Source of the DNA: Lama glama
Taxonomy: Eukaryota
Assembly: GCA_028534125.1 (NCBI GenBank)
Contig: CM052816.1
Location: forward strand, 51,028,001-51,092,000
Reading direction: 5' to 3'
DNA: 64,000 nt
The notes under the pieces were generated by a model. The model did no database searches, had not been told where the DNA came from, and worked only from the letters and a program-made list of their open reading frames with translations. A program made the position numbers and the translations under genes. Numbering within the stretch: the stretch's first letter is position 1; every line of letters starts with the position of its first letter. Below are positions 11,745-26,547 of this stretch, piece after piece.

Positions 11745-14700
11745 CTTCCCAGTGGTAAGAATACTGTTCCTTGTTGTTTCACTTTGTGGTTTGGAGGTTT
11801 GAAAAATAATAATAGTTTTTCCAGGAAGAGTATCAGAGGAAAGAAAATACAGAATGATAGATCTATTTAATTTAAGAAGGAACAAAAGTGATTCTCCAAG
11901 GAAAAGGGAAGGGGGTCCTAACATTAATAGAAGGCCATGCCCACCTAAAAGTAAAAAGCCAAATGGATTAGTTTATTATAAATAAATGTGAAGAGGGATG
12001 AAATTTTCTCTTTCCGCTTTCACATGAAGAGAACTGAATACAAATGCTATTTGGGTCAGCAATAAAACACGTCCACACCAAATTGCAGGATACTATCCTC
12101 ATCAGAAGAGACGGCCTACTGAGAATACTGGACCCAGGGAGGTGGTAAGCTTCCACTCCACCTCTCTACTCAGAAGACAGAGTTCATTCTCTTCCCTCCT
12201 GTACACGCACACTTTCAAATCTCAGACATGCACCTAATTGTCTGTTTTGTAATACGCAAGTCTCCAAAGGAAGATTAGGTTGCTGAGGGACGGATGGCCA
12301 CATTCCCTGAAAAACTGCAGAAATAAAGAATGAATGCACTTTATGATATGCCCCTCCATAGGGAATTGTCTGTGTTCCAGCAGTTCTGACCCAAAAGTTG
12401 CAAGATATCCAGTGTGAAAACATGGGCAGCCCCACTGGCCACTGTTCTCCCTCAAATTAGATGAGAGGTCACTCCTGCAGAATGAGTTAAACAGCAGGAC
12501 CTGGCCAGATTGCTTTTCATATACTCTACCCTAAAACCCTGTGGTCAGTGACTTTTAAAGCAGCTGGGAGCAATTAAAACATGCAGCAAAGACATCAAGG
12601 TGAGTTGTCAGGAAGACTAGTGTTCTCTCATAACAACAACATCCACAACAACAACAATAACAGATGGCTGTTTTCAAACAAGCAGAGAAGAAGAAATTTA
12701 CTTTTCTAAGTCTTTTATTTTCCTTGGTCCCAAAGCACTTTGGACTTCTCTATTCATCATGCATTTTGTAACTGCCATTACACATCTATCTCTCCCACTG
12801 GTTGATGGACTTTATAAGAGCCCTGCCTCATTCTTAATCTTTATATTCATAGAGCCTTCAGGGTAAGTGGGAAGTAACAGACTCTCAATAATTGTTTGAT
12901 GGATGGATAAATATATGAAAAAATAATGTACATCAGAGGGCATCAGGAAATAATATCAAAAATTCTTGAGATAAAAATCAGTGAGATCACTAAAGTACAA
13001 TTTCCCACATAAATCACCCAAACATTGAGGGCACTTCATTATTCCCTAGATTTTATCAGTGATTCATTATAAACAATTATATGAGCATTCTAGATAATGG
13101 AATGATGAAATGTGCACTTGTCATCACTGATAATGTCAGAAGCCAAAATAACCAAAATAGCTATAGTTTGTGTGACCAGGAAAAGAGACACACTAGAGAT
13201 TCTGGAGGTGATAGCGTCAGTTCCCTGGAAAGTCTGGAAGTCATCGTCTCAAACAGGAGGGCTTAAAGAAGCTGAGGGCGGTTTGTTCTCTTGACCCCAG
13301 GGTTAGCACTTACTGAGGGGCAGGAAGTTGGAAGAGGACCCGGGGTCAGACCTCTGCAATGGTGTGAAGTGGGTGACATTTGTCTTACCTTCTTTTACTG
13401 CTCTCCTCATTGTCTCTTCATTGACCCTGATCTGTCTGTCCTTAGTAATCACACTGAGGAATTTCCAACAGAGTAACCCATACCAAGGTATAAATTACTT
13501 ATAATGATCGTACAAATTAGTCCCCCATGGGCATTTGCCTTTTTAATGAGAAGCAGTGCTGTTACTCCAAGAAGTAATGAAATAGTAGAATTTCTATCAT
13601 GAATGTAGCAAGGGATATACTTGGATGATGGTCAGTGCTAGCTTGGAGTTGAATAGGTAGCTACCCATTGAATTAACTATAAGCATTTTTTAATCTTCGG
13701 AAACTTAAGATGCAGACCCTGGATCTCCTGTGACTATGTGACTATTCCCATTTGAAAAATAAACATTTCCACCTCCTAGAGTGGTGGCTAGCCAAGAGGT
13801 TATCAGGCTTCAGGCACTGATCAGTGATTCTCTAGAGACCCCAAGTGGTCAGAACAGGAACTCATTTTTGTACAGAACAGAATGAAGCAAGAGGGGATGC
13901 TAAATAGGGCAAAATTAAGACCTACAGTTCGGTGATCTCTATTAAGGAAACATTTGGAATTTTCAATAGTGGACAGTTTGAGTCATTTACTTCTCCATCT
14001 ACTTTTGTTTCTCTATCTTTTCTCTTCTTGATCTGTATTTTACTCCCATTTGCTTTAAGTGCCTTTGAGGGCCCTTGTCCTTACTGGGCCCTTGTTGTCC
14101 ATTTTTATTGCTTTACCTGGATTGTCTACACAACAAAAACCACCTTACCCTTCAAAGCATCCAACAGAGAATGTGTTTCTCTCATGCATTCTAAGGGCTC
14201 CTGCATCTTGTTTCACTCTGACATTCACCTGGTCTTTTGTTAATTGACTGTCAAACATACTAGTATGTACTCTCAGATAAGTACAAGAATATGCTATTGC
14301 TGCCTTTGATTTTCACACCTCTTCTGCCAGAAGAGTGTTTTGTTTCTTCAGGGGCATCAGATGGACTATCCTAGAGGATTCAATTAGAAATGCTGGATTT
14401 TAGTTACTGCTATTAGTCAGTTCATTGTGACACTCAGGAAATAGAAACAGCCATGTTTTCCTTCAGAGATGATCCTTCCCAACAAATAAAAATAATTTCC
14501 ATAGATTTGTGGTAAAAGCAATAAAAGCATCTATTTTAACATATACTTTTTTGTATTGGCAAAATACAAAAATGCTAGTGGGGCAAAATTAAGTTGGCAA
14601 TTTTGTTTTCCTCTCCCAAATTTTCTTATCCAACTACTAAAATTATATAGATATATATCATACGTTAAAATGTATCCTAACCAATATGTACTAGAAGAAC

Positions 14701-15359
14701 ATTTCTCCGGAATGAGAATGTAATTCCTCCTGGCTTTGAACTAATCACATCTCCATAATAGAAAGAGCTGGATCACATCAGTAAGAATGGGGTGTGAACA
14801 GCAAGCACATCATCTATAAATCTTACTGAGCTCCTGCTTTGCCTTGTAATTCTAGTTGAAGATCATAAACAGGTTTCTCCAATTCATTTTTAAAACTCCC
14901 CATGTCAGATGATGCCCTCTCCACTAAATTCTGAGTGGTCTGGATTTAAGACAGAGTAGGTCAGGCAGGCCAATTGTAGAAGCAACAGGCCCAGAAGGAC
15001 ATACCTTATCTGGACTCATATTTGGGAAGTTTCTTGTCATTCATAGAAGCATAGGATTTCCCAGAAAAATCTATCAAATTAATGGTTCATTCATAAAATA
15101 AACACATTCATAGTTATAAATGGTTGACTAATGGGGAGTCATGTCCCAGACATTTATGGGATCAGAGAGCTTTTTAATCAAAGGGTATAAGGGGAGGGGA
15201 AAAAAGAAGTGGGTAAACTTTTCTTTTGGTTTGCTTCCCTTGCTCAGCCCAACTTGGAAATAGCAGAGACTACTGAACATCATTCGATGGCATCTTTATT
15301 GTGTTATTAAAACCCAGGACCATGATCTCGGCGTAAAAGCAAGCTAATTTCTCAGTCAG

Positions 15360-17348
15360 TACTGTGGACTGAATTTTGTTCCCCCAAGATTCACATGTTG
15401 AAGCTCTGATCCCCAGTATGATGGTATTTGGAGATGGAGCCTTTGGGAGGTAATGAGGTAAAGATGAGGTCATGACGGTGGGGCACTCATGATGGGATTA
15501 GTGTCCTTAGAGAGTTCTATGTCTCTCTCTCCACCATGTGAAAACACAGCAAGAAGACAGCTGTCTGCAAGTCAGGAAGACAGCTCTCACCAGAAACAAA
15601 TCATACAGGCATTCTGATCTTAGATTTCCAGCCTCTAGAACTGTGAGAAAATACGAACTGTGAGAAAATACGTTTCTGTTGTTTAATCCACCCAGTCTAT
15701 GGAATTTCATTGCAGCAGCCCAAGCAGACTAAGGCACATTTTGGTACAGATAAGTGAGGTGCTAGTGTAACAAATACCTAAACATGTGGAAGTGGTTCTG
15801 GAACTTGGAAATAGATACAGGCTTGATAAGTTTAAGATGCAAACTAGAGATGTGTATGTTAAAGATACACATGAGGTCTCACACAGAAACAAAGAGCATG
15901 TTACTGGAAGCTGGAGGAAAGGAGATCCTTGTTATCAAGTGCTAAGGACCTTTGTGTACAGTGTTCAGGTGTTTTTTGGAAGGTAGAACTTGCAAGCAAT
16001 GAACTTGGATATTTAGATGAACAGAATTCTAAGCAAAGTGTTGATGGAGCAGCTTGGCTCTTCCTGACTGCTGATAGTAGAATACAAAACGAGAGAGATG
16101 AATTGAAGAAGGAATTGTTAAGCAAAATGGAACTAGACTTTGAAGATTTAGAAAATACTCCACCTATTCATTTTACAAAAAATAAATAAACATGGTCTGT
16201 ACAAAACACCAAGTATGTAGCCAAGTTATCACTCAATAAAGAGCTTAAGAGATTTTACAAGCAGAAACACCATCAGTTTGAACAGAAGGGCATGGAGACA
16301 GGATGAACTGGGGGAAGGCTGTTGGACTTCTCATATTTGACAGGACTGAAAAATAGAGCTATTTACCATGTGCTATTATTTAAGAAGAGGGGGAAATGAC
16401 CCCAAAAGCAATTCAGAGATCATCAGAGCCCTTGCCTCAGTTTCAACAGGCCAGATGGCCTACAGCGGAAGCTTTAGGGGTGGGGTCTCCCAGAGCCTCA
16501 GGGGCAGGACCCCAGCCTGACAGAGCCATGAGGTGGGACACTGGCCTAACAGATGTGCCTAGCACCTTGCAGTGACACTGCTACCCCAGTGGGCCTGGAA
16601 GGTAGGACATAAGCCAAAAAAGATTATTCTTGAGCCTTAAGATCCAATGGAATTAGCCTTGCTTAGAACCCATCATTCCTTGCTTCCTTCCAATTTCTCC
16701 CTTTTGGAATAGGAATGTTTATCCTCCTGCACCACCACTGTATTTTGGAAGCAACTGTATTTTGTCTAGTTTCACAGATTCACAGCTGGAGAGAAATTTT
16801 GCCACAGGAATTAATCCTACCTCAAGTCTCACCAATATCTGATTTAGATATTTAGATGAGACTTTGGATTTCAGATTTCAGAATTGAGGTTGGAATGAAT
16901 TAAGACTTTGGGGGCTACTGGGATGAAATGAATGTATTTTGCATGCTGGAGGGACATACATTTTGGTGGACCAGAGGCAGAATGCTATGGATTATCTCAT
17001 ATCCCCAGAAACTTCATATATCATAGCCCTAAACTCCAATGTGACAGCATTTGGAGATGGGATCTTTGAGAGGTAATTAGGTTTACATGAAGTCATAATG
17101 GTGGGGCCCTCATGATGGGATTAGGGCTCTTATAAGAACAGACACCAGAGAGCTCCAACTCTCTCTCCCCTTCATGTGAGGACACAGTAAGAAGGTGACT
17201 GTCTGCAAGTCAGGAAAAGTTTCACTAGAAACTGGCCATGTTGGTTCTCTGATCTCAGACTTCCAGACTCCAGAACTGTGAGAAAGTTAATTTCTGTTAT
17301 TTAAGTCAACGATGGTATTTTGTTACAACAGCCCAAGCAGACTAAGAA
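15360..17348 (+). mobile_element. MLT1A-type MaLR provirus: 5' LTR (~15360-15736), internal region, 3' LTR (~16983-17348)
   Basis: Two diverged direct ~370-bp LTRs share tttggagatgg..ctttg.gaggtaat...ctcatgatgggattag...gtctgcaagtcaggaa...agaactgtgagaaa...cagcccaagcagactaag. The internal part begins ttttggtac..a.aagtgaggtgct and ends in a purine tract. Confidence 0.9.
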
Positions 17349-20300
17349 TTTAAACACAATGCTGGTTTCCTACACAATGCATATACCAACCTGTCTAGAA
17401 GTTAATTCCAACATGACCTGATTTCCACTGGCCAGAGGCACTGATCTAGATCCCTTCTGCATGTAGGCACCCTCTTCCCTGGGGCATTTTGCCTTTGCTC
17501 TTAAAACTTAACTAAGTCAGTCTTTCAAATCTCCTTTATGTATAAATGTATTTTAATTGTGCAATATAAGACCTACTGTCTGGTATTCTCACTTTTTGTC
17601 AAAAGAACCTTAAGCCCGTGCCCACCCAGCCCTAGCTGCCACACTTGAGGATTCTGAGAAGTCAGGGAAGACTCTGGACAAAATATTTCCTAGCAAGAGC
17701 TTCTGTGTCAAGCTCCTAATTTGATTCCCAATCTGCTGAGTTCAATTTCTTCTTCCTTCTCTAAGACATAGGTTGAAACGAAGTGAGGCAGTCTGCTCTG
17801 AACGTCCATCTCCTGGGACCCTGCCAACTTTATAACTTCAGAAGAGCCAACACATTATTTCATTACAAAACCCTGCCATTTGTTAATTCCTAAAATATTT
17901 ATTGAGTGCCTAATATGTGAAGGCTATCACACTGAATCTGTAACAATTTGGTTTTATTTTCCTTTTGTTTTCCAAAATCATTAGAGTGTACTGATGTATA
18001 AAGAAAAACATTTTAATTAGCTGAAGAATTAGCACTATGATTGCCTTTGGGAAGAAACTTTTCCTTTTGGACAGTCTGTTGTGGTAGAAGATGGGCCCTG
18101 AAGGTATGGGGGTCATAGGAATAAAAGCAATAAAGGAGACAGCTAAACTGTCCTGCTAGTGCTCCACAGGAGAAAATTATAGGGATTTACTGTTGGTCCA
18201 GATTGAGAGGGGAGAAGAGGAGAGATGGAGAGCCACTCAAATGACATGGTAGGAAGATGGGAAATATGTAAGGCAAAGTAGTCAGTGAAGAGTCTACCCT
18301 GGTGAGCTGATTTTCAAAAGAAAGAATGGTTAAAAAAAATTTTTTTAAATAAGAATTGGTTTAAAAACAAGAACTGAGCAGCTGTCAGAAATGCTTTGTA
18401 TTTTGGCAGTGAATCCTCATCTAACTCTCCACCCATTTACCCCGTGTACATGGCCTTCTGGTCAGTGGCGCCCCCTGGAGTCCCCTATGCGCTGCCTGCC
18501 TGCAGGGCTGTTTGCAGGGACCATTGTTTCTGACTCCTCAGAGCCCTTTCAGGCCCTGCCAACCCAGCCCAGGCCAATTGCTCGTCTTTAAAAGTCCATA
18601 AAAGTGATCTGGTAAATTAGTAAATTCGGTAAATTCAGAAAATTGGTCATTCAACAATTGGCAAATTGGACTGATTGTACTAGTGCTAGTAGAACAAAAT
18701 CATTTCCAGGCTTTGGCAAGCCTGCCCACCATTATATTCAATATAGTGCTTTGACGTTCACTCCCTCAATTCCCCTTCTTTCCCCAGGAAATGCCAAAAT
18801 GTCTGAAATCCAAGAACCAGCCCTCATTCTCTGAGAGGACCAACGGTTTAGACTTAGGCCCAGAGAGATCATCCCTGACTAGAGTTCATCTCTACAGGTC
18901 TCCTTTAAGCAAAAGATTAAGAGAAAATTATTAACTAGGTTTACCCATAAGAAGAAGTATCCTTAAATAAGAGAAGCTACTGTCAACCTGGGCAAGTAAA
19001 TAAGGTCAGAAGTAGGGCATAGAGCAGTGGTTAGAACACAAATACAGGTCCAAGGAGGGCCTGCCCTTCAGCTCCACCTCTCATCTTAGGCACACTGTCC
19101 GGGGGACAAAGGAGAGGCACATGGGACTACAGGAAAATCAACCTCATGTACATCTCCCTTTTCTCCCCTGTAGTCCACTCGTTGCATCTTTTAGGAATTT
19201 AGCCTCAGATGCCATGAAGGAGGCCAGCTCAGACCTCTTTTGATGAAGGCATCCTCTAACCTTCAGAGAGACCATCCCCTACTCTGCCACTGAGTGGGAA
19301 ATCACATTGCTCTCCTGAGGGACACTCTTCCCAAGTGGTCCAGGGCTGAGTTCTCCTACACATCCTGGATGTGCCCAGTTCACAGGGTTGGACTGCCTGG
19401 AGCAGAGCTGGGTTCTGCCAGAAAAAAAAACAGGGCAGAAGGAATGTTGATGTGGGGGAGAAAGTGAGAGAACATCTATTCTTTTTGCCTTATAACCATC
19501 TCTCTTTTTCACCAAGACAGATAGAAGAGAGCTAAACATAAACTGAAAGAGGTCTTATTGGAATGAGCAGGAAAACTCCAGTTGGAAACATTAAAATCAC
19601 ACAAAACACTCAGAGCACCCCTGTTGGCAGCCCCAAGCACCGGATCAGCCAACACTCTGCATCTTGAGAGCCAAAAACACAGCTGCAGAAATGCACACTG
19701 TGCAGCAGCTGCAGTAGAGTACCATGCTGGGGAAGAGGGAAAAGGTGAGGGTGTGAGTCTCCCCCATCACTCCATCCACAGGTCCCAGGGCTCACCTAGC
19801 ACCAAGCCAAGGAGGGGGCTATTGGCCTGTGTCCTTCCAGGCAGGGGACAGTGGGATTAACAGTGTACCCAACATCAAGCCTGGGATCCTCCTGCTATGG
19901 GCCACCTGAGCAGTGGGAACAGTTACCTTATAGCTGGCCTCTGAACAAGGAGTTGGGGGGGTTATGTGAATGAGGGACCAGCTGCTCTATGCTCAAGTTT
20001 AAAAAGTTGCATTATTGTGAAGAAACGAAGTCTCTCTTCGGCCCTCTAATCATATATGGGGAGGGGATGTATTAGTGCAACTAAACAAATGTGGAATCTA
20101 AAGCAAAGGCCAGAAGACTAGTGCGTGTCTAGCTCTCTCCAGCGATCCTTAGAGAGACACAACCTATTATTAATTATACTCCTTCATTTGCTCAGGAATG
20201 GGGCCAGCACACAGGCTACAGGACTGAATGCTCAGCATGTAGCTGTGATAGATCCCCCCGGCATCATCTGCAGCTGCATGAGCACTTTTCAAAAACCACC

Positions 20301-21529
20301 AAATTCAATACCCCAAACAACCAAGGTTGAATCCTCAGGGACAGGCCAATTTGGCCTGCGGTCTTCAGTGTTTGATGAGTTGCTCTGATTTTGAAAGGAG
20401 ATCTGACATTCCTGACACTGAGCGAGTTGGGGTCAGCCTGACAGGGGTCAGGAGAAAATGTCCCATGGTCCTGTGGGAAGCCAGCACGAGCTTTCCAGAA
20501 ACAGCTTGCGCCACTGTCTCCCCAGCCCTCAGCCCACTCCATTTCCTGGGCCTAGATCAGAACAAGGGAAGGAAACAGAATGGTTCATTATTTCATCCTT
20601 CAGCCCCTGAGCTACAAGAGCCTTCAGTCATGTAGCTTCCTCCTGGAGTTCACAGAGCGGAGAGACCCCAGATGGGCATGAATCGTCCTCTGTTGTCCCT
20701 GGCCTGGCCCTCGTGTGGTGTGCTGCGAGCGTCCACACTGTCACCCTTGTCGTGCCCACAGCTCCAGCACAGAGTGCTTCTGTCTGCATGGCACATTCAA
20801 TTCCAATGGCTTCAAATCAAGTCACAAAGGCTGATGTGACCTCTTCCTCAGGAAATAAGAATGTGAGTTTGAGAGGGAATCTGGCTCTCCACAGGGGCCT
20901 CATCACTCGGCATGGAAGGGACTTTTAAATATCTTCTAATAAAGATCATAAGCAAATTTTTCTTGAGGATTCCCTCTTTGATCGCCACTGCCCCAAACAT
21001 CTCTGCTATTCATCGGAGGCTCCCCTGGGTTCCTGTCCCCGAGCACTAAGAAAGCTCCTGAGGGTCATGCCAGAGAGCTTGTCAAGGAAAGGAGAGTAGC
21101 TGCAGCATTCAGAGCTCCTCAGCCTCTCCGTACTGCACCCCCTTACAGAGCCTGAAAGATCAAAACCATAGAAAGGACACACAGCCAGCTGTTGAGTGAT
21201 GCAGCTGTTACCCTCCCCATGGCTGAGCAGGCAGTGGAAATGTTGGGAGAATGGGGAGATCAAAATAGAAAGGAGTTCATCTCAAATCACCCTTCTCTTC
21301 TTGGCCAAACAATGTCAGGTGGGGGCCAGGACCGAGGAGCCAGGCTCCTTCCACAGGGAGGTAAGTGCTCATGGCACCATGAGTCAATCAGTGAATAGAC
21401 TTGTATTTGTCAGTCACCACTGATGCTCCTCGCTCAGTAAAGCCCTATGAAGAGGACAGAAGCACAAGGTATGGTCCTCAAAGGGATGGATGGCATCTAC
21501 CCACAACCCAGAGCAGGCGAGGCAGATGG

Positions 21530-21730
21530 CACAAGCTTTAGATCCAGTCAGCCTGGGTTTAAATCCAGCTTTCATCACTCACTAGCTAGAATTTAGGGCA
21601 AATTGTTTATGTCACTATTCTCTCCTTTGCAAAATAAAGATAGCAATGGGGCCAACTCTGAAAGAACTGTTATGAGAATTAAATGAGCCAATGTATACAA
21701 GGTACGAACTGATATCAATGTCAGCTATTA
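21530..21730 (+). mobile_element. MIR SINE
   Basis: gcctgggtttaaatccagct...tagggcaaatt...tgcaaaataaagatagca...tgttatgagaattaaatgag. Confidence 0.75.
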
Positions 21731-24109
21731 ATGGGATGAGGAAACATATACATCAAATATTAAGCCAAAAAAAGATAACATGAGAGACATAAAACTTAGT
21801 CCACAAACCTAGGTAACCTGGGTAACACCTGGGTAAGAGGGAACACTTCTTCCATATTCTTTAAATCAACCTGAGTCCAACTCAAGCCCCCAGGAAATGT
21901 AACCCAGTCACTGTTGGGGATCCCTACACAGCAATAGGACATTAGCAGGACTTGTGCTGGATGTTGATCTAAACAGCAGGAAAACTCTAGAGTGGCTCCC
22001 AAATTTCTGCCTCAGCACTGGGCCCACCAATGACTGAAAGAGGGTGAGACACCCAGATCTAGACAGACAACACCTTGGTTCACCTTGAATTTGAGGTTCT
22101 TGAAGTATGTCTGTGTGGAGATGCCCAGAGCACATTTGTACACACAAGTCTGAAAAATCAGAGCTACAGATTAATATTTTGGAGTCACTGGTCTATGAGT
22201 ACCGATTAAAGCTTTGAGAATTGTTGTGATCCCCTTCTGTAGTGCCTGGCACATAGACAATGGTTTCTCTCTATTTTTGTGTAGGTGATTATATACATAT
22301 AGTGTTTTACATACAGAATTAATTAATTGCTCTCATATTTTACCTTCTTCTTCTAACACACACACCCTGAAAACAAAATTAGCAAGATAACCCCTGACCT
22401 CACAGCGGAATTCAGAATGGGAAGACAGAAGACTGTCATCTGGCCCATTAATCCAATGCACATCTCCCCTTTGGTATGTGGCTGCAATTCCAGGAGGCTT
22501 GGGGATGCATCTGTTGGCCTACTGCTGCACACAAATATCAATCCTATGCTCAGCACAGTGCCTGGCACACAGTAGGTGCTTAGAGGGAGGTACAGACTGA
22601 AGCAAGACGTTCTACTGCCACATTTAACCACCACATGTATTCACTAATATACTTTGAGGTCTGGATTTATGCATGGCTGATAAAGGGAAGACCTTTTTAT
22701 ATTAGAAAAAATGCTCAGAGTATGTGTAAATAATATGAACTGCTTGGAAATATGACCAGTTGCTTTGTCAAGATATGGCAGAAATTAATTCTGTATCTAA
22801 AATTGCAATATATAATGACAGAATAAAAGAACATTTTACTATGAGAATGCAATGACCATATTCCTAACAAATGTAGGAGTCACGCTTGAATGAGTCAGAT
22901 GAAATTCCCCTGCTGTGACTGAAATGCATTTCCTTATACAAATACACGATTTCACAAAGGTGACACATTATATAATTTTTAAAACTATCAAAATGACTTA
23001 TACAAAAATATTCAAGACTTTAATAAAATCTATGTTGACTGTGTAGTGAATAATAAACTGATTACATAATTTCATTTTAAAAAGTATTATTTCAATTTTT
23101 CACTTAAAATAAGCACATTAAAAACAGCAGATGTCTAAGATCATTTCGCACATTATTTGATGTTAAGGTAAGGGAACCATGCAAAACCTTCTAACCAGGG
23201 TTCAAAACTGTCAGTTTGACATTTTAGTCCTTTATGTACATATAGAAGGAGCCTAATCACATCTTTATTGATGGAATCCATATATGGAATCTCAATGTCA
23301 TGTTATAGTGTCTAATTTATTTTAAAATACTTGCTGCCAAACATGACAATGTATTTGAAAGTGGATCTTAACTAACTTAAACTCCCCAAGAGTGATTAGT
23401 TAGAATTTAAAAGATCCTAATCAGTCATCCTCTGAGAAGCCTATTGTAAATAGCTTTCAATATGGCTTTCCAAATCTGTACCAGAAGATTATTTTGAATA
23501 AAGATGATAGGTAAATGTTCACTGGTAAAATAAGAGGTGTTCTAGATACGTAGTCAGATGAAAACTGTATACAGGCAACTCAACCACTGCATGAACAAAG
23601 TATAAAATTTGCCACGTTCACTGTCAATGTGAGACTCGAGGTCTGGTCCAGTCTTCCTTGTTCCCTGTTCAAACTAAAAGGCTTTTTTCCTTCCCAGAAT
23701 ACTGCTCTAATCTTCCTTAAAGTGAATGTTTGTGCAAAGTGTTCAGTTCAACTGCCTAACAGGACAAAGATTTCACGAAGCCAACTGCATGACTGCCTGC
23801 TAATAAACACTGGATTATAGTAGAATTCTGTTTTAGACTTGCTTTCACTGATTCCTAACACCTCATGGCCAGGGTATGGAGAAGGAGCTATCCAGCTCCC
23901 ACTTACTTCTAACTGTTGAATACCACCAACAATCACCAAAAGAAGCTGATGTTGTCATTGGCTGAATTGGCCTTACATGAGTCTTCAAAACTGTAGTGGA
24001 GCGACCAGTAGGGATAGCCAGAAGTAGGCTGCCCACGTCCCTCCCGCAAATAATCTGAAGCCAAATTATTTTTAAAGCCTGACCATCATCAGAAAAGTGC
24101 CATATAAAA

Positions 24110-24990
24110 TGAACAGTAGGCACATGAAAAGATGCTCAGCAACTCTAATCACAGGGAAATACAAATCAAAACCACAATGAGTTATCACCTCACATCTGTC
24201 AGAATAGCTATCATCAAAAAGAATACAACAAATGTTGGTGAGGATGTGGAGAAAAGGGAACCCTTGTACACTGTTGGTAGGAATGCAAGTTGTTGCAACC
24301 ACTGTGGAAAACAGTATGGAGGTTTCTCAAAAAACTAAAAATAGAACTACCATACAACCTAGCAATTTCATTCCTGGGTAAATATTCCAAAAAAAAAACA
24401 CTAATTCAAAAAGATATGTGCACCCCAACGTTTATAGCAGCATTATTTATAATTGCTAAGATATGGAAGCAATGTAAGTGTCCAGCAACAGATGAATGGA
24501 TAAAGAAGATATGGTATCTATATACATATATACAATGGAATACTACTCAGCCTTAAATAGAATGAAATTTTGCAATTTGCAACTACATGCATAGACTTGG
24601 AAGGTATTATGTTAAGTGAAATAAGTCAGACTGAGAAAGATATATACTATATGATACCACTGATATGTGTAATCTAAAAAATACAACCAACTAGTGAATA
24701 TAACAAAAAAGAAACAGAATCACAGTTATAGAGAATAAACTAGTGGTTTCCAGTGGGGAGGGGAGATGGGCAATATAGGAGTAGGGGATTAAGAGGTACA
24801 AACTACTATATATAGAATAAATAAGCTACAAGGGTATATTATACAACATGGGGAATATAGCCAATATTTTATAATAACTATAAATGGAGTATAACCTTTA
24901 AAATTATGAATTACTACATTGCATATCTGTAACTTACAAATATTGTACATCAACTATACTTCAATAAAATTTTAAAAAATTTAAATAAAA
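24110..24990 (+). mobile_element. L1 (L1MA-like) 3' fragment: ORF2 C-terminus, 3' UTR and A-rich tail
   Basis: ORF-track peptides [23 protein letters not shown] and [20 protein letters not shown]...CTPTFIAALF...KIWKQ.KCP.TDEWIKKIWY are L1 ORF2p C-terminal sequence, frameshifted. It ends cttcaataaaa. Confidence 0.92.
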
Positions 24991-26547
24991 GGTACAGAAT
25001 GACTGAACTACTCTAACCCTCCCACCCCACTACAGAGATGAGAACTTCAACCCACAGAGAAGAGACCAGAATCTTGTAGAAAGCAAGTGATGAAAGCACC
25101 GCCTCCACACAAGGACAAGCCAGTTGGCAGAGAAGGGTCAGCCTCATTCTGTACTGAGTGGAGGACACTTCCTACACTCTCTGGGGTGACTGGAGGATAT
25201 CAGAAAGAATTCTACTCAAAATCATTGCCCAATGGATTGCCATTAGTTGGTGTATTTTCTGCTGTGGATTTAAGGTGTGAATGGACGAAGCCACTAGACA
25301 AAATAGAGAAAAACAAGGATGTTTGTTGAGATTAGGTCAACAGCTGAAATTTCATGATCAGAGGCTTAGGCTTCTGAATTTAGCTTACTGTGTCATGTAC
25401 AAAGACTAAATATTTATTCAGCACACATGACTTGAGTATCAAATTGTAAGCCAGGCACTGTACTAGACACCAGGGACACAGAAATGAATGGAACATAATA
25501 TAATCCCTGCCTCAAGCTGTCACCAGGCCTGGGAGAGTAGTATGCTCTCAGTAACAACTTCATAGGACTTAATTTACCTATGTTTTCCTAGATGACTGGA
25601 AGGATAGTTTCCAAGCAAAGATTACTAAGGGAAAGACTGTAAGCAAAATGCCAAAAGGGAAAAAGAAGGGAAGAGATACTGAAAGAGGTGCCTTCCAGTG
25701 GCATCCTTCCCTGCGTGGCCACAATGTCCTAGGGCCAGCCCTAACTCTAATTAAGATAACTGAAGTTATTAGTAACGTGAGGGACATAAGATTGTTGGCA
25801 AAACACAGATCCACCAGTGATAGAGTAGCTTTAGTCTTGGAAAGAATAGAAATATAATATGTCTTCTGTGAGCACTCATGCTCTTTAACATGTTTGCCCC
25901 AAATCCTTACAATGACAAGGAGCTTCTTCCTTTCCATTTTTGTTGACCAGATGAACTCAGAATCACCTGGTGTTTGCGTCACACAATGTATCCAACGAAA
26001 GCAGAGGTAGATGAAAGTAAAATACATCCTGTGCCTCCTGCTAAGTTAGAAAACAGGCCCAAATCTGGGCCAGATGTGTAAATCATGCGATACAATATTT
26101 TGCTCTTCCAGAGCTCTGCGGCTCTGAGACACTTGGGAGCAGGTAGATGCTGACAACTAGGGAACTTTTCCCTAAGACAGAAGCAAGGATTTTTAGATGC
26201 AAGGAGAAAACCTGAATTTTCTGGGGATGGGCATTAGGTTTGCCCTTGGCAAAGCACTTAGAACTCCTTGGAAAAAGTCAAAAGACTTGTTAGACATCAA
26301 AAACTCAGAACAATGCTTTAATGATTTAAGTGTAAATGAATCTTTGATGCATATGGATTAAATTTCCCTTACAAAGCACATGCTAAAGCACTGTAGAAAA
26401 ATGTTTCTGACAAGTCACATGTTCAGTTTACCAAACGAATGCAGACTATGTGATAGATCATCCAGGAGGTCCAACTTTGTGCTATCCCACTGGACATGTG
26501 CTGCCCACAGGTGGACACATCATAGGTGGACACATCTCCTTTTCTTA

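Noticed and set aside
14255..14268. Perfect 14-bp palindrome acatactagtatgt
   Set aside because: Several palindromes of this length are expected by chance in 64 kb.
24072..24556. Protein-like ORFs
   Set aside because: Frameshifted L1 ORF2 C-terminal remnants and their antisense; the same applies to 55247..56063, 62094..62327 and 63662..63896.
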